Below, in pieces: positions 23,501 through 35,479 of a stretch of 64,000 nucleotides of DNA; within the stretch, counting starts at the first letter, position 1; every line of letters begins with the position of its first letter. Source of the stretch: Antedon mediterranea (taxonomy: Eukaryota > Animalia > Echinodermata); assembly GCF_964355755.1 (NCBI RefSeq), contig NC_092679.1, forward strand, positions 11,329,432 through 11,393,431. Reading direction: 5' to 3'. The notes under the pieces were generated by a model. The model made no database searches. It was not told the origin of the DNA and saw nothing but the letters and a program-made list of their open reading frames with translations. Position numbers and translations under genes: made by a program.

Positions 23501-26500
23501 AATATACGAAAAGGGAGACCAAATATACGAAAAGGGAGACCAAATATACGAAAAGGGAGACCCAAATATACGAAATGGGAGACCTAAATATACGAAAAGG
23601 GAGACCCACTATAAGAAAAGGGAGACCCCACTATACGAAAAGAGAGACCACACTATACGAAAAGGGAGACCCTAATATACGAAAAGGGAGACCCAAATAT
23701 AGGTCTCCCTTTTCGTATTGGGTCTTGTGTCAGGTCTCTGGTCTCGGGTCTCTAGTTTCGAAACACCCGTTAAAAACAGATGATTTCATTTTTACAGAAA
23801 CCGGTCCTATATATTTGTCTACTTTTGGATTGGGGGGGGGGGGGGGGGGGGGGGGGGGTAGTTGACCGGGGGGTAGTTGACCGGGGGGTAGTTATCCTAA
23901 GGGGGTAGTTGTCCTAAGGGGGTGGTTGTCCGGGGGGTAGTTGTCCGGGGGGTTGTTATCCTAAGGGGGTAGTTGTCCTAAGGGGGTAGTTGTCCGGGGG
24001 GTAGTTGTCCGGGGGGTAGTTGTCCTAAGGGGGTAGTTGTCCGGGTGGTAAACATCCGGGGGATAACTGTCTAGGGGGTAGGTGTCCTAGAACCAAAACA
24101 ATGAGCACTATTGAACATTTTTGATCTTTCTTTTATGTCACAGATCAGATTGGAGATCACACCCACAGTCTACCTGAGAAAGCGCAAGCAGCCTTTGTGA
24201 AACATAGTTCTTGTACTTTAATTGGATACACCAAAGAACATCACATTTAAATTAATAATTTTAATTGTGAAAGAATACATTTTATCCCATAAATTTGGAA
24301 TATTATGAATTGACATTATTGAAGAATATTTTTAATGGGATGTATTGTACTACTGTAGCATCATTTGCATTTCATTATTAAATACAATAAATGTTACCTC
24401 TTCAAATTCTTTAGTACTTTTGGTGACTCCACGTTCGTCACTGATAACACGTAGCATCTTTCTTCCATCTTTTTTTGTGTATTTTATTTGAGTCTAATAT
24501 CATAAAAGCAATTTTGTTAAAAGTTATGTTTTGATTTATTCTTTCTGTCTTCATTGTAGGTTTCACATGGAAGGCTTAACACAGTGGCCGTATTCACCAA
24601 TCACACTTAACTGAGATATTTCCCTTAAATCCTAAGAATTTCCCTTAAATCAAGAAAATATTAAGGGTTTCACTTAAGTGGTATTCACAAAGGGGTTAAG
24701 GTTAAGGGAAACCCTTAACTTGGTCTATTTTCCCTTTAACTTTTAAGGGACCTCTGAGGTTTTCTCTTCAGCCTCCCCCCGTCCCCCAACCCCTTACTCT
24801 TGTTTAAATATGCAAATTAGTTTTAGAGAGGAAAGTGATTGGATCATAGGGGAATTAAATTCTCTGTGATTGGACAATGGGACAACTCATGAATATTTAT
24901 GATTATTTTTACCCTTAAGTTTTACCCTTAAATTAAGTGTTTTCCTTAGGTAAGTGAATCCCTTAACTCATTTGTGAATACCCCTTAAGTGTTTCCCTTT
25001 GTTAATGGAATTTTTAAATTTTAAGGGTAAGTATTTCCCTTATATTAGCCTAAGTGAGATTGGTGAATACGGCCACTGCAATTTAGAAGTAAAATTTTAA
25101 GACAATTTTTATCTTACATTTTCTCCATTTGTTCTGTTACAGTGCGTTCAAGAACATGGAACACCATTCGAAAAGAGAAGGGGATTGTCTGGGGCCTACT
25201 GATCTCGGTAGGCACTTCACTACTGGCTTCTGTGGGTCGTGGGTATAGACCCTAATCTAATGTTTTGTTCATTTTAGCTTGGGGATGATTATATAACATT
25301 TACATTCATTATGTGTTTCTAATGCAGTTGTTTAAAACTTAATTTCCAAAAATGATAAATTAAGAAAAACATTTTTGTCTATTGAAAGAGTGAACCAATA
25401 GCTCAGATGATGATTTTACCTGAAATGGTAACTTGGTCAAGTTAAGATCATTCTTTTGCCTGAAACTGAATGTCAGGGTACTCTTGCTTGTTACACAGCC
25501 TAGTGTTTGCTGGATCTTGCTTGTACCCTATAAATATAATAAATCAAAGAAAGAATTATTTTGATTAAAAAAAACTACGGTATTGTGTTTTAGAATACAG
25601 TATTAGGCACTTTTCTTTCTGATAAAAACGTGGCCATTCTTCCACAAAATATTAGGGACTTTCAGATTTGCACATCCACTTTAAAGATGACTGAGCAAAG
25701 TGCATTGTGTAAGAAATTCGAGGCTTAATGTTCTAATACGCATATTTCTTCTTCAATATCGAAACCAAATAAGTATGTTAATGCAACTATGCACGCTGCC
25801 TTATAAATAAATAGGATGATATCATACAGTATGTCGAAATTAATTACTTCTTCTGCTCCTTAGCTAATAAAAAAAACACCCTCCTACTTTTGAGTTAGAC
25901 TGTTCATCAATAAACTCCAGGCAAGGATGAAGGATCATATTGACTTGAACATCAGTTGCTATGATGACATTTTGTGCTATCTCTCTCAGCTGTCTGGTTA
26001 ATTCGGTAGAATGTAAGATATTTGTTTCTCCTCCTGAAATGGCTGCTGCCTCACTAACAACTTCCATTTCATGTTGATTCTCTTTAATTTCTATTCCAAT
26101 GATGGATATTTTAGTCTGTTGCTCATATGCAATGTTTCCAATCTGAAGTTAAAGAGTCAATATTTTAAATAGATTTGAAAACATAAAAAATAGAATCAGG
26201 GTAGAATACATATGCTGAAAAATTTAAGATTTTTAACATAATGCTATTATTATCACAATAAAATGGAGAATGTATAGGACATACCTCATTATAGAATGAT
26301 GTTCTCAAATTAGTTCTTTCCATGCTACCAACTCCAATATTTGGAATTCCATCAGTACAAAGAACAATTTCAGAACCTGGAATCTTGGATACCATACCAA
26401 CACAGATTGCCAAAGCAGGCCCAAGGGCTGTTGAACCTGCAACCTTCAGATTTTCAACAGTAGACTTCAGGGAACTGGCAAATAAAGATTATATTGTCCA

Positions 26501-29500
26501 CATTAAAAATGTATTTTTCTTCAAAACATGAACAATTAATATGAGTAAAAAAATAAAACTTTGAATAGACTATTTTGTAGTTTTAATAAATTTATCCACT
26601 TTCAGAAAAAATGTATGATTTGCTTAGAAAAAAACAGTTAAATTAACCAGAAATGCATTGACTATTTCTTTTTTTTAAACTATGGGTCAGATAAATACTG
26701 TTTCTTTTATTTACAACAAATTATCTTTTATTTACAACAAATTATCTTTTAAGGGTGATCTTTAATAAGGATGTATTGTACTGGAGGATGGCAAGAATGC
26801 ACAAAGTACACATACTGAAAAGCCATACACACATTATCATGTCAAACAAATACAGTCATTAAACACAATTAACCCAGTTTATCATTACATATTAATAATA
26901 CAATACAAATCAATATTATCATCAAAACACAATAATTGGAAAGTATATTATTGTATATTTTAAGCATACTCTGAATATGCAGCAGATACAAATAGTAAAC
27001 AAAATGCCAAACCGAACATTTTTTATTGTTTCATTACCTCAAGGAATGGTCAATTTCTTTAATATCGGTCATCAAACCCTTTCCCAGATTCAGAAGTTGT
27101 TGTACATTTACTCGCTCAAGATTACGTTGAGTGGTACTTGTGTGAGGATTTGTGGCATCACCATAAATGATTACAGTGTTGTTGAAGGCTACCAAACTAA
27201 CACGCTTTTTAGGATTTTCCAATTGCAAACGCTCAAGTTGCCTGTCAGAAAAACAGTACATAAATATATCAAGAGCAGGCAGATACCACGATCACAAAAA
27301 AGTGTGATATACAGTAATATGTGAGTGGTAGTCAAATTTCTTATAAATACAAACTCGCTCATGACCTGATTGGCTCAGATTAGGAGCGTCTAACCACGAA
27401 CATGGCTAAAATCATTGACAATAATTTCTGTGATATTGAATACATTTTTTTTCTTCCATTTCCAAGATCAACAAATACCCATGAAATGTGAAGCTTTAAT
27501 TTTGGAAGACATTACTTGTGGAGAAAGAAAACATGATCTTTCCTACCTTACAATAGCAATCCGCATACAATCAATACGGTTAACAGATACTTGTCGTTCA
27601 CTACCAGACTTTACTTCATTCCACAATCCTACAACACAAACCATCAAACTTACTAAATAATATAAGATGTCATCATATTGGCCACAACGAGCCATTTACA
27701 TACCATGGGTATTGCTACAACATTTATACAGTGAGATATTGTCATTTGGTTGGTTGGTTTACATTTTGATTTACATCAATCATACAATACAAAAAAAAAG
27801 CTGGTAATCAATGAATCTAAAGAGATCTTACAAACTTGCAATTAAATATGTGAACATAATTATAAACAAATGATTTTTGGCAGTGTTTAGTGTTTTGATT
27901 GATCAGCCAGTTTGGTTGAAGCTTAACAAATTTATTTAGTTAGGGTAAAAAAGTACACAGAGAAACATTTTTTAACAAAAGAATGACTTGCCATGATTCA
28001 TCATTTTCACTTCAAACAAAATTATGGTAAAATTCAATGTAAGGCAACAAAATAGGAAAAAAAATTTTTTTTTTAAATTATTTGTGGAATGTTTATTATG
28101 GAATTTACAGTATTTTTTTTAAAGATGTAATTGTTTTACCTTGAAGATCAGGCATTGTAGTCTGTGATAGCATAGACGTGCTGATATCAATACAGTAAAT
28201 AACAACACCTTGATTACTTTCAACTGAGGTGGCATTGTCAGAGACACTGCTGGCAAGGTGTGGTGATGCTTCTAGCAGAAAATCAACTGAATTTTCTTTT
28301 GAAATCTAAAATAAATTATATAAATTATATACACCATTAAATAAATACAGTAGGCCTATCCACAATATTGTTCATGGAACTATTTTCAGAGAGGGAAAAA
28401 TGAATGTCACATGACATTCAGTAGTTTTTAATTAACTGGACATTACTACAAAGGCATTATAATAATAAATGAAAACTATGAGACTAGAAGTGCATATACT
28501 CTAGAGTCAGAGAGTGCCTACAGTATAATTTTCCTATATAACAAAATTGTGGGCTCGGGACTGTTCACAGAAAAAAAACCAAACAAAAACCTTTTAGGTA
28601 GAGGTAATAAAAATGTGTAAAATACCTCTTCAACATCCATACCGATATCTTTATTCTCACTTGAACAGAATTCACTGATAGAATAAAAGAAAGACAAATA
28701 TTTTACAATTTACATTTGAAACAACATTAAATTTACATACTGTAGTTCCATTGATACATATTATTATTAGTTTTTTTTTCATCCCATTGGGATGGCCACT
28801 CTTGTGCTTGCCATAACAAAGTGATTCAACTGGTAGGGTTGTTAGCCTAATGCAGTTATAAACTTCAGAACACCAGGGTATCTTTCTTGGAGGTGCACTG
28901 GAAGTGCACACAAGCCAGACATGTACACTGAACCTCATGTACCATAGGAATAATGGCTCAGGAGTGCCTTGAAAGTGCACCGATATTATGATTGCAGTTT
29001 GGATTACCCCTGCCTTTACTGCACTTTAGTCAACTTCTCATACAAACAATATTCTAATAATACTGTTAATAACTGTATGAAATCTTAAAAACACAAAATC
29101 GGGTAATTAAAACACACAAAAAGTGGTTGATGGTTAAATAATTTCAAATATAAAAGTAGTTATTACCATTTCCAAGTTGTGGTTTCATCTGCTTTTTGAA
29201 GCTGTGATAAATGTGATAACACAACATTACATTTAATACAATGCATTGGCTCTCCAGCCATGATAGTAGGTTCTTCTTCCAATGTACTCAGTGATAACAC
29301 CACAACATTAACATTCCTGTCTGAAGATTTCATTGGCTGCAAATCTATTTCAAGAAGATTTAATAGAAAAAGAAATTTAAACAATATTAACTCCAAATAG
29401 AGAGACAGAACACACAAAATTAGAAGTTTCGATATATTTGATCATGACTCATTTTGATGTCAAAGACTAATTCCTGTAAACACTTAATGGACTAGAAAAA

Positions 29501-32500
29501 TCCAGGCAAATACCAAAATATTTATGTTAATAGTCTGTAAGTGTAAGAATGTATAGTTTTTGTTTTGTTAAAGGCCCACCATTACTAAAATGATAACTAT
29601 CTGCAATGATGAGATAAATGTGCATTTTTCCTTCATAAAATAAATAGACTAGTTTTCATCCCAGAACTATGATAACCGCATGCTGCCTTTGATTAAAATA
29701 ATGTTTTCACAAGCCCGATCAAATGACATCATTATTAGAATTATTTCAATTTTATTGTTCTTATTGATCATGGCATCATTTGATTGGATTTTTATTATTA
29801 TTTTTATCAAAGACTTATGCATTAGTGGTTATTTTGTAGTTTTAGGATTAAAAGTGTCTAATTTCTTCGGTTTTATGCAAGAAAAATGTATGTTTATCTA
29901 TTTATCGTCATTCGTTATCGTTCTTAGTATAAACAGGCATTTAAATTAACTGAATCAATATAGTGAATTTTATATCATTTTGATTTATTCAAAGCAATAC
30001 AACTGATACTGCTTACCAATCCTATGTTTCCCGAAGGCTGAAATTTTATTTAAAGGTAGTTTATTAATGAATCAAAACAACAAAATAGTATTTTCTCTCA
30101 GGGCATTTCTTAATTAATAATAATAGACTGCTAATTCTTAAAAAGAGGTACTAAATTAAATATCAGACCACATGCATCAAAACACAACTGCGCTGCAATG
30201 ATCGGAGTAATAATGTTTATGGTGCAATGAGAGCCTGCTTATGAATTATATAAGAATGAACTACTATTAGGCAATGCAAGGTACAACATCACCTATTGTT
30301 TTTCTTAACGTTTTTTTCCTGTATTTTGTGACGGCCTATTCTGTTGAATGGCACATGCTCTCTTCTCAAACATTTAGTCAGGTTAAAAGAGGTATTCCGT
30401 GTGCAATTTGTGGTGAAAGTTGGTAACTTGTCTAAATATCTTTAGTGGGTCAAAATAAACCAGAAAAACGTTGTTTCCCAATCTGTAACCCCGTGGGGGG
30501 TATTTTATGGGCCTTGCTAAAAAAATAGAATATATGTGGATACCATAATTTCACATATGCTGCTACACTGTAAAAAATTATACATTATCACTAAACAGAA
30601 AATGGACACAATTCTGCACTATAAACATATTTACTTCAGGTGATAGGCTAGGATGGCATAGTCAATTTTCTTTGCACTAATACCCCTTTTACACCGCCGA
30701 GCTTATAACAAACCTGTGTCGTGTCCGGATAAATTTCCATTTCACACCTGATTCATTAACCCGGGAATGACACAGGTTTTCGTGTATTTACACTGCAAAA
30801 TACCAACCCGTTTATTGTTCTAGATCATTCGAAATATCGCCCTCTCTTGCACGAAGAGAGACCCTAGTAACGGTCTGCTCATTATACCTCCTACAATTTT
30901 GTTTTATGGCAATACACACACAAATTTAGTCTACTTGTGAAGAGTAATATCTTGAAATAAAAATGAATAATAAATAACCATAAGTTTTATTTATTAAATA
31001 AGCGAAGAAACAAAATCAATCTTATCTTAATTGTATGTAAATTAAATACTATAGTGAGCGAGGATAGTAAACAAACGAGTAAAGATACGCTGAGCGTTTT
31101 ACACCGCAAACATGGGTTCATCCCGGGTGCGTCCCGGGTTGACTTGATGCTGAACACATTCCGCATCACTTATACCCATACCCGGGTAAATCTTTACGTC
31201 GTTTACACCGGCCTACATTTTCGCATTTTTGCGTCCCGGGTACGACTCGGGTTATATAATTCCGGATCAACTCAGCATTTTTACTGGCGGTGTAAAAGGG
31301 GTATAACATGTGCATGTTACGCTTGCCCGTCATTGCACTGACGCATACCACCTCAATGACAAATTTCATGTCTAGTTATTATTTTTATTAAATTATATAT
31401 CTTTGATATTTTATTTGTTTGATGTTTCTTACATTTTTTTCCCTTCTTCTTCTTGCCAACCATTTTGCCTTTGTCACTAGCTGATTTCAACTTGTCCTTA
31501 GGAATGTCCGATACTGTGATCTGCTTACGAAAGCTGTCCTCAATAGTTGGATCATATTCTTCAAGGAAGTTATCACAGGTAAATCGTATTGTAATAGCAG
31601 ATTTGCCAACACCTCCATCACCGAGTACCACCACCTAAACACAATGTTGACAATGTACAGGCCATATTTTAACTTAAAATGTTAGAGAGTAATGACGTAT
31701 GAAATCGCCACAATTTTAATTAAATAAAAGTAATAAAAAATGTTTTAATAAAGTTTATTCTTTCCAATTATGGGGAAGGGTACATGCCATGGACCTCTCT
31801 TTGGATTTTATCTATTAGTTTTTGTGTGTGAGAAGCCATAATTTAGTACCATATTCAATTATTATAAACTAGAAATGTAGCTTGGGTTCGTTTGGAACTA
31901 ATTTGATACACTTAGTCCAGTTCATTATATGAAAAGACAGTTTAAGCACATTATAAATTTGTTATTACTTTGATAATTCTTGTAATCTCATACCTTGTAT
32001 TCAATACTAGTACGTGGTGTTTGACGAATAAGAGTCTTAAAAACTTCTTGAATGTTTTCGCCTGTTTTTGCAGAAGTTTCCAAAAAGGGAAGATTAAATT
32101 GTGCGGCAGCAGCCATTCCTTGCTCATAACTGACTTCTCGATTCTGATCAAGGTCTTTCTTATTTCCACAGAGCACCTAGAAAAAAAATCGTATAAATCT
32201 AAAATTATGCATACATTTTTTATATTACAGATTTGAGTAATGCTTTAATATAATTTATAATTTAAAAATAAAATTTAGATATTAAGTGACATTAGACAAA
32301 ACCTTCTGATGGAAACAAGCAAAGAAAATATCAACAGAACAATCAACTTTACAAACTAAAATACAAGAAACCTGTATGATCCCAAATCAGCAGCAAACTA
32401 CAGCTGTGTAATGAATTACTTTACATACATATTGAATCTAAATTTTGGACCATTCTTATATATTTGAATTCATTTGCATCAGTACAACATTTTATGAAAA

Positions 32501-34074
32501 TGTATTCAATTACGGTACTGCTATACAGTTCACCTTAGCACAGCTGCACAAAGCGTAACCTTTAGATATAAGTAGCCATTATCTGATTCGGTTAAAAACA
32601 ATAATGTACTTACTGCTGGGACAGATTTCGTCTTTCTGATCCTTGTCGTAAACTCATATATTCTTTTTGCATTCTCCAATGAGGCTAACGATGTGACAGA
32701 ATACACAATAAGAAATGCCTGTCCATCTCTCATATACTGTAAAACATGGCAAACAAACGGTTAACACTCTTCCCCCACTTCACCTCTCCACAACTGTTTT
32801 AGATCTGTGACAATTTTCTAATAGAAGCAATTGTTGAGCCCGATAGCTGGATGTAGACCAAAAATTGTATTCTTACAGTACCTACAGTAGTCTGGATATG
32901 AAAATCACATGGCATGTAAACTCTAACCCACACTTCCATATCTTACATTTGTCATATTCGATTGAGACTTTACCGTTGACTACAACTTTTTCATTTTTGA
33001 CCATTGGGATTGTTCTCAATGAAAAAGCTTATGTTGGTAAACGTTTTCAATTCAAAATATTTTCAGTTGAGCACAATTATTTTAGAATTTATCAGTTGAA
33101 CACAAAAAGTAATCAATGAATCTTTATTTTGACCTGCCATGAAATATGCCAAATTTGTATTTATGGCGCAAATGTATTACTTAAATAAAATGTCTACAGT
33201 ATGTAATCGTGTCAATATAATTTCTTATGATGAGCATGATGTCAAAGCACAAATGTTGTTTACCTGATCTCTCAACTTAGAGTACTCTTCTTGTCCTGCT
33301 GTGTCTAAAATATCAAGTAGACAGGTCTGCAAAAAAATAAAACAGCTAAAATGAAAGAATGAACTTCTTTTTGATGCATTTTTTTTAGACAGAAAACAGT
33401 TAATAATATTATATGTTAGCGCTCCCTGTTTGAAAAATCCTCCATCCACACCTATACCTCTGTCAAATCAACTAGCAAAACTCCGAGGACAATCTAGAGT
33501 TTAATGGTAAAATTACTCCAGAGTTCAAACCACAGGGGTTGAACAGCTGAATGTTCTCCGGTGGGTGCACTGTGAAGACACACTGGGACGGTCAATGTGA
33601 AACACTGAAAGGTACCAATTTCATTTAATTTAATTAATTTTTATTTAAATATAAACTCCAGTGTTTTTAGAGAAAAAGGTTCTCTCATATGATCAATCAT
33701 TGCTTTAGTTTATTTAAAAATACAAGACATATAGGATAATAGGAGCGGCATGACATAAATAAAAAATTAGCAGACTTGAAAATTGATTGTTTGAACCTTT
33801 TACAGTTATGAGGTAAAAGAAAGTTTTTATTTTTAGATAGTGAACATAGATTAACAAACAATGATTACAATCAATATTCCCATTAAACACGCATATATAC
33901 TTTTATTCCAATACTTAGTTTAGTGTCACAAAAACAAATTGTTACCTCACAATCATCACCTGCTGCGAATACTTGGTCTATAAGGTGTTCGTCAAGATTT
34001 ATCAGTTCCTCATCTTCTACATCAACTTCATCCCCTTTTTGTGCAACATAGATAAACTTATTTCCAAATTCCAT
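20508..34074 (-). CDS. cpras1: Circularly permuted Ras protein (cpRAS + Sec23/24-type zinc finger + vWA), ~785-792 aa
   Basis: Phase-consistent GT-AG exons: 34074-33946, 33326-33264, 32736-32614, 32176-31994, 31634-31433, (micro-exon 30037-30017), 29344-29167, 28674-28626, 28305-28140, 27628-27547, 27241-27038, 26474-26285, 26142-25888, 25527-25420, 24493-24398, 21627-21536, 21296-21194, 20642-20508 (2379 nt, open to TAG). Motif order DTAGQEE (G3), NKKD (G4), ETSAK (G5), GDGGVGKS (G1), YDPTIED (G2); then CIKC...WKCEFC; v[24 protein letters not shown]. Confidence 0.92.
20810..21085 (+). repeat. Interspersed repeat, second copy at ~62360-62725
   Basis: Shared taaataaattcctgtcatttgattggacgattgt.ggtcacatggcgtgcaatagtacac and downstream blocks. 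Confidence 0.7.
21672..22247. mobile_element. Kolobok-like MITE, second family
   Basis: ttaa|AGGCCAGGT...ACCTGAGCT|ttaa with imperfect TIRs. Confidence 0.45.
22443..24093. mobile_element. Mutator/foldback-like non-autonomous element with tandem-repeat TIRs
   Basis: ggacaactacccc units at 22465-22690, mirrored as ggggtagttgtcc at 23856-24090; caaaacaatg directly repeated at 22433-22442 and 24094-24103. Confidence 0.75.
23336..23768. mobile_element. Nested Mutator-like MITE with internal 21-22-bp tandem array
   Basis: TIR GGGTGTTTCGAAACTAGAGACCCGAGACCAGAGACC; 9-bp TSD gttaaaaac; ~15 copies of tatacgaaaagggagacc. Confidence 0.85.
24582..25078. mobile_element. MITE
   Basis: TIR CAGTGGCCGTATTCACCAATC.CACTTA at both ends; many internal ccttaa/ttaagg motifs; possible 2-bp TSD ca. 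Confidence 0.8.
30681..31303. mobile_element. PIF/Harbinger-like MITE
   Basis: taa|TACCCCTTTTACACCGCC...GGCGGTGTAAAAGGGGTA|taa. Confidence 0.8.
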
Positions 34075-34659
34075 GGCAGAAGGTTCAGTTGCAAGCTAGG
34101 TAGAAATATAATGAATTTAAATGTATATCAAATTTTTTAGCATAAATTTTCAGTGAATTGCACAATGACATGGATAACCAACAAAAGTATAATAATCTGA
34201 ATTATTCATAGTGGGTTGCGTAGTAAATTCGGCAATATACCAGAAGTAGCTCCTACTCTTTGTGCATTTGGACAAAAAAAAGAACAGCAATGGAATGTGT
34301 AGTACCTGTAGTGTGTGTTGTAAATTAATGTAAACCTAAAAAATCACCTCACCTATCTTGTTAAATAGAATGTTCAGGCTTTTAACCAATATTTCTGACT
34401 ATGTCAAGTTCAACTTTATTTGACAGAGGACTAGATCAAAATAGGTATTTTTCTGTGTGTTCTCTCCATTCATTATTTGTTTTATAATGACCAGTCCTAT
34501 AAGTGGGGCTTATGTCGACACAGAACTCAACTAGAATGAACTAATTGTGCAAAAGTGCTTATGTTGATTTTGAAAGCAACTGAAGAGAGTGATCCAGCGA
34601 TACTGGAACTGATTCTAACTATTGATTACCATACCACGCGCACAACACGATTAGTAGTA

Positions 34660-34930
34660 TAGGTAAAGGTATATTCTGGTAAATGAACCATAAGTTTAAC
34701 TCTGGAAACTGAGGAAATTTGGATTAGGCTCTCCATGACAGCCAGCAGTGCAGCACCTACTAGATCAGAAAACGGAGACGATCCCCTGCTCTTTTGTTAA
34801 CATGCACGCACTCACAGGACCAACGGCTTTACATCCCATCCGAAAAGCGATGCAATGCGAGTAAAGTATCTTGCCTAAGAATGCAATCAGTGTGGTACAG
34901 ATAGACTTGAACCCTCACCTATAACATGCT
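34660..34930 (-). mobile_element. Degenerate tRNA-derived SINE
   Basis: gacttgaacc (reverse B-box-like) next to aaagtatcttgcctaagaa, which resembles a SINE core, and ggaccaacggctttac. Confidence 0.4.
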
Positions 34931-35479
34931 ACTGTAGTCTGATATCATTACACCATAAATGTCCATATGAACAAGTATGCATTTGGCCACCATCTTAAGG
35001 TCCAGAAAAGGACCCCCATGGGATTACAGATTGGACAACAATATTTTTCTGGTTTACTTTGACCCACTGAATATATCTAGCCATGTTGCCAACTTTCATC
35101 ACAATTTGCACACGGAACCTGTTTGAACCCGACTATTATTATAGTTTACTGTAGTTTAATATTATGATTTTTGTTCTGTACATCAGTGAGGCCACGGAAT
35201 TTGTTCTGAAATAAAAGTTGATTGTTTGATCGTGGATTTAATTAATTGATTGATAAGGTAAATCAACTACAGAAGGAAAACTATAATAAAAAAAAATTAA
35301 AATATAATCAAAATACATCCTTAAAACAGTGTATTTAATACCAGGTAGGCCCTGCTTTATGATTAATCAAGAATTTTAGACTATATTTTAATTAAAGACA
35401 CCTTCCCTACATTTGTTAGATCTAATTTCAGATCACAAACTATATTTAATGTAAAAATAATACTATATGGTCCTATTGC

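Noticed and set aside
23375-23700. CRISPR-like array
   Set aside because: Units are contiguous with no unique spacers, lie inside a TIR element with a 9-bp TSD, and the context is eukaryotic with no cas genes. The same applies to the arrays at 37899-38320 and 49497-49740.
31433-33326. Two truncated tandem Ras pseudogenes or an assembly error
   Set aside because: All exons splice in phase into one stop-free ~790-codon frame with the known cpRAS domain architecture.
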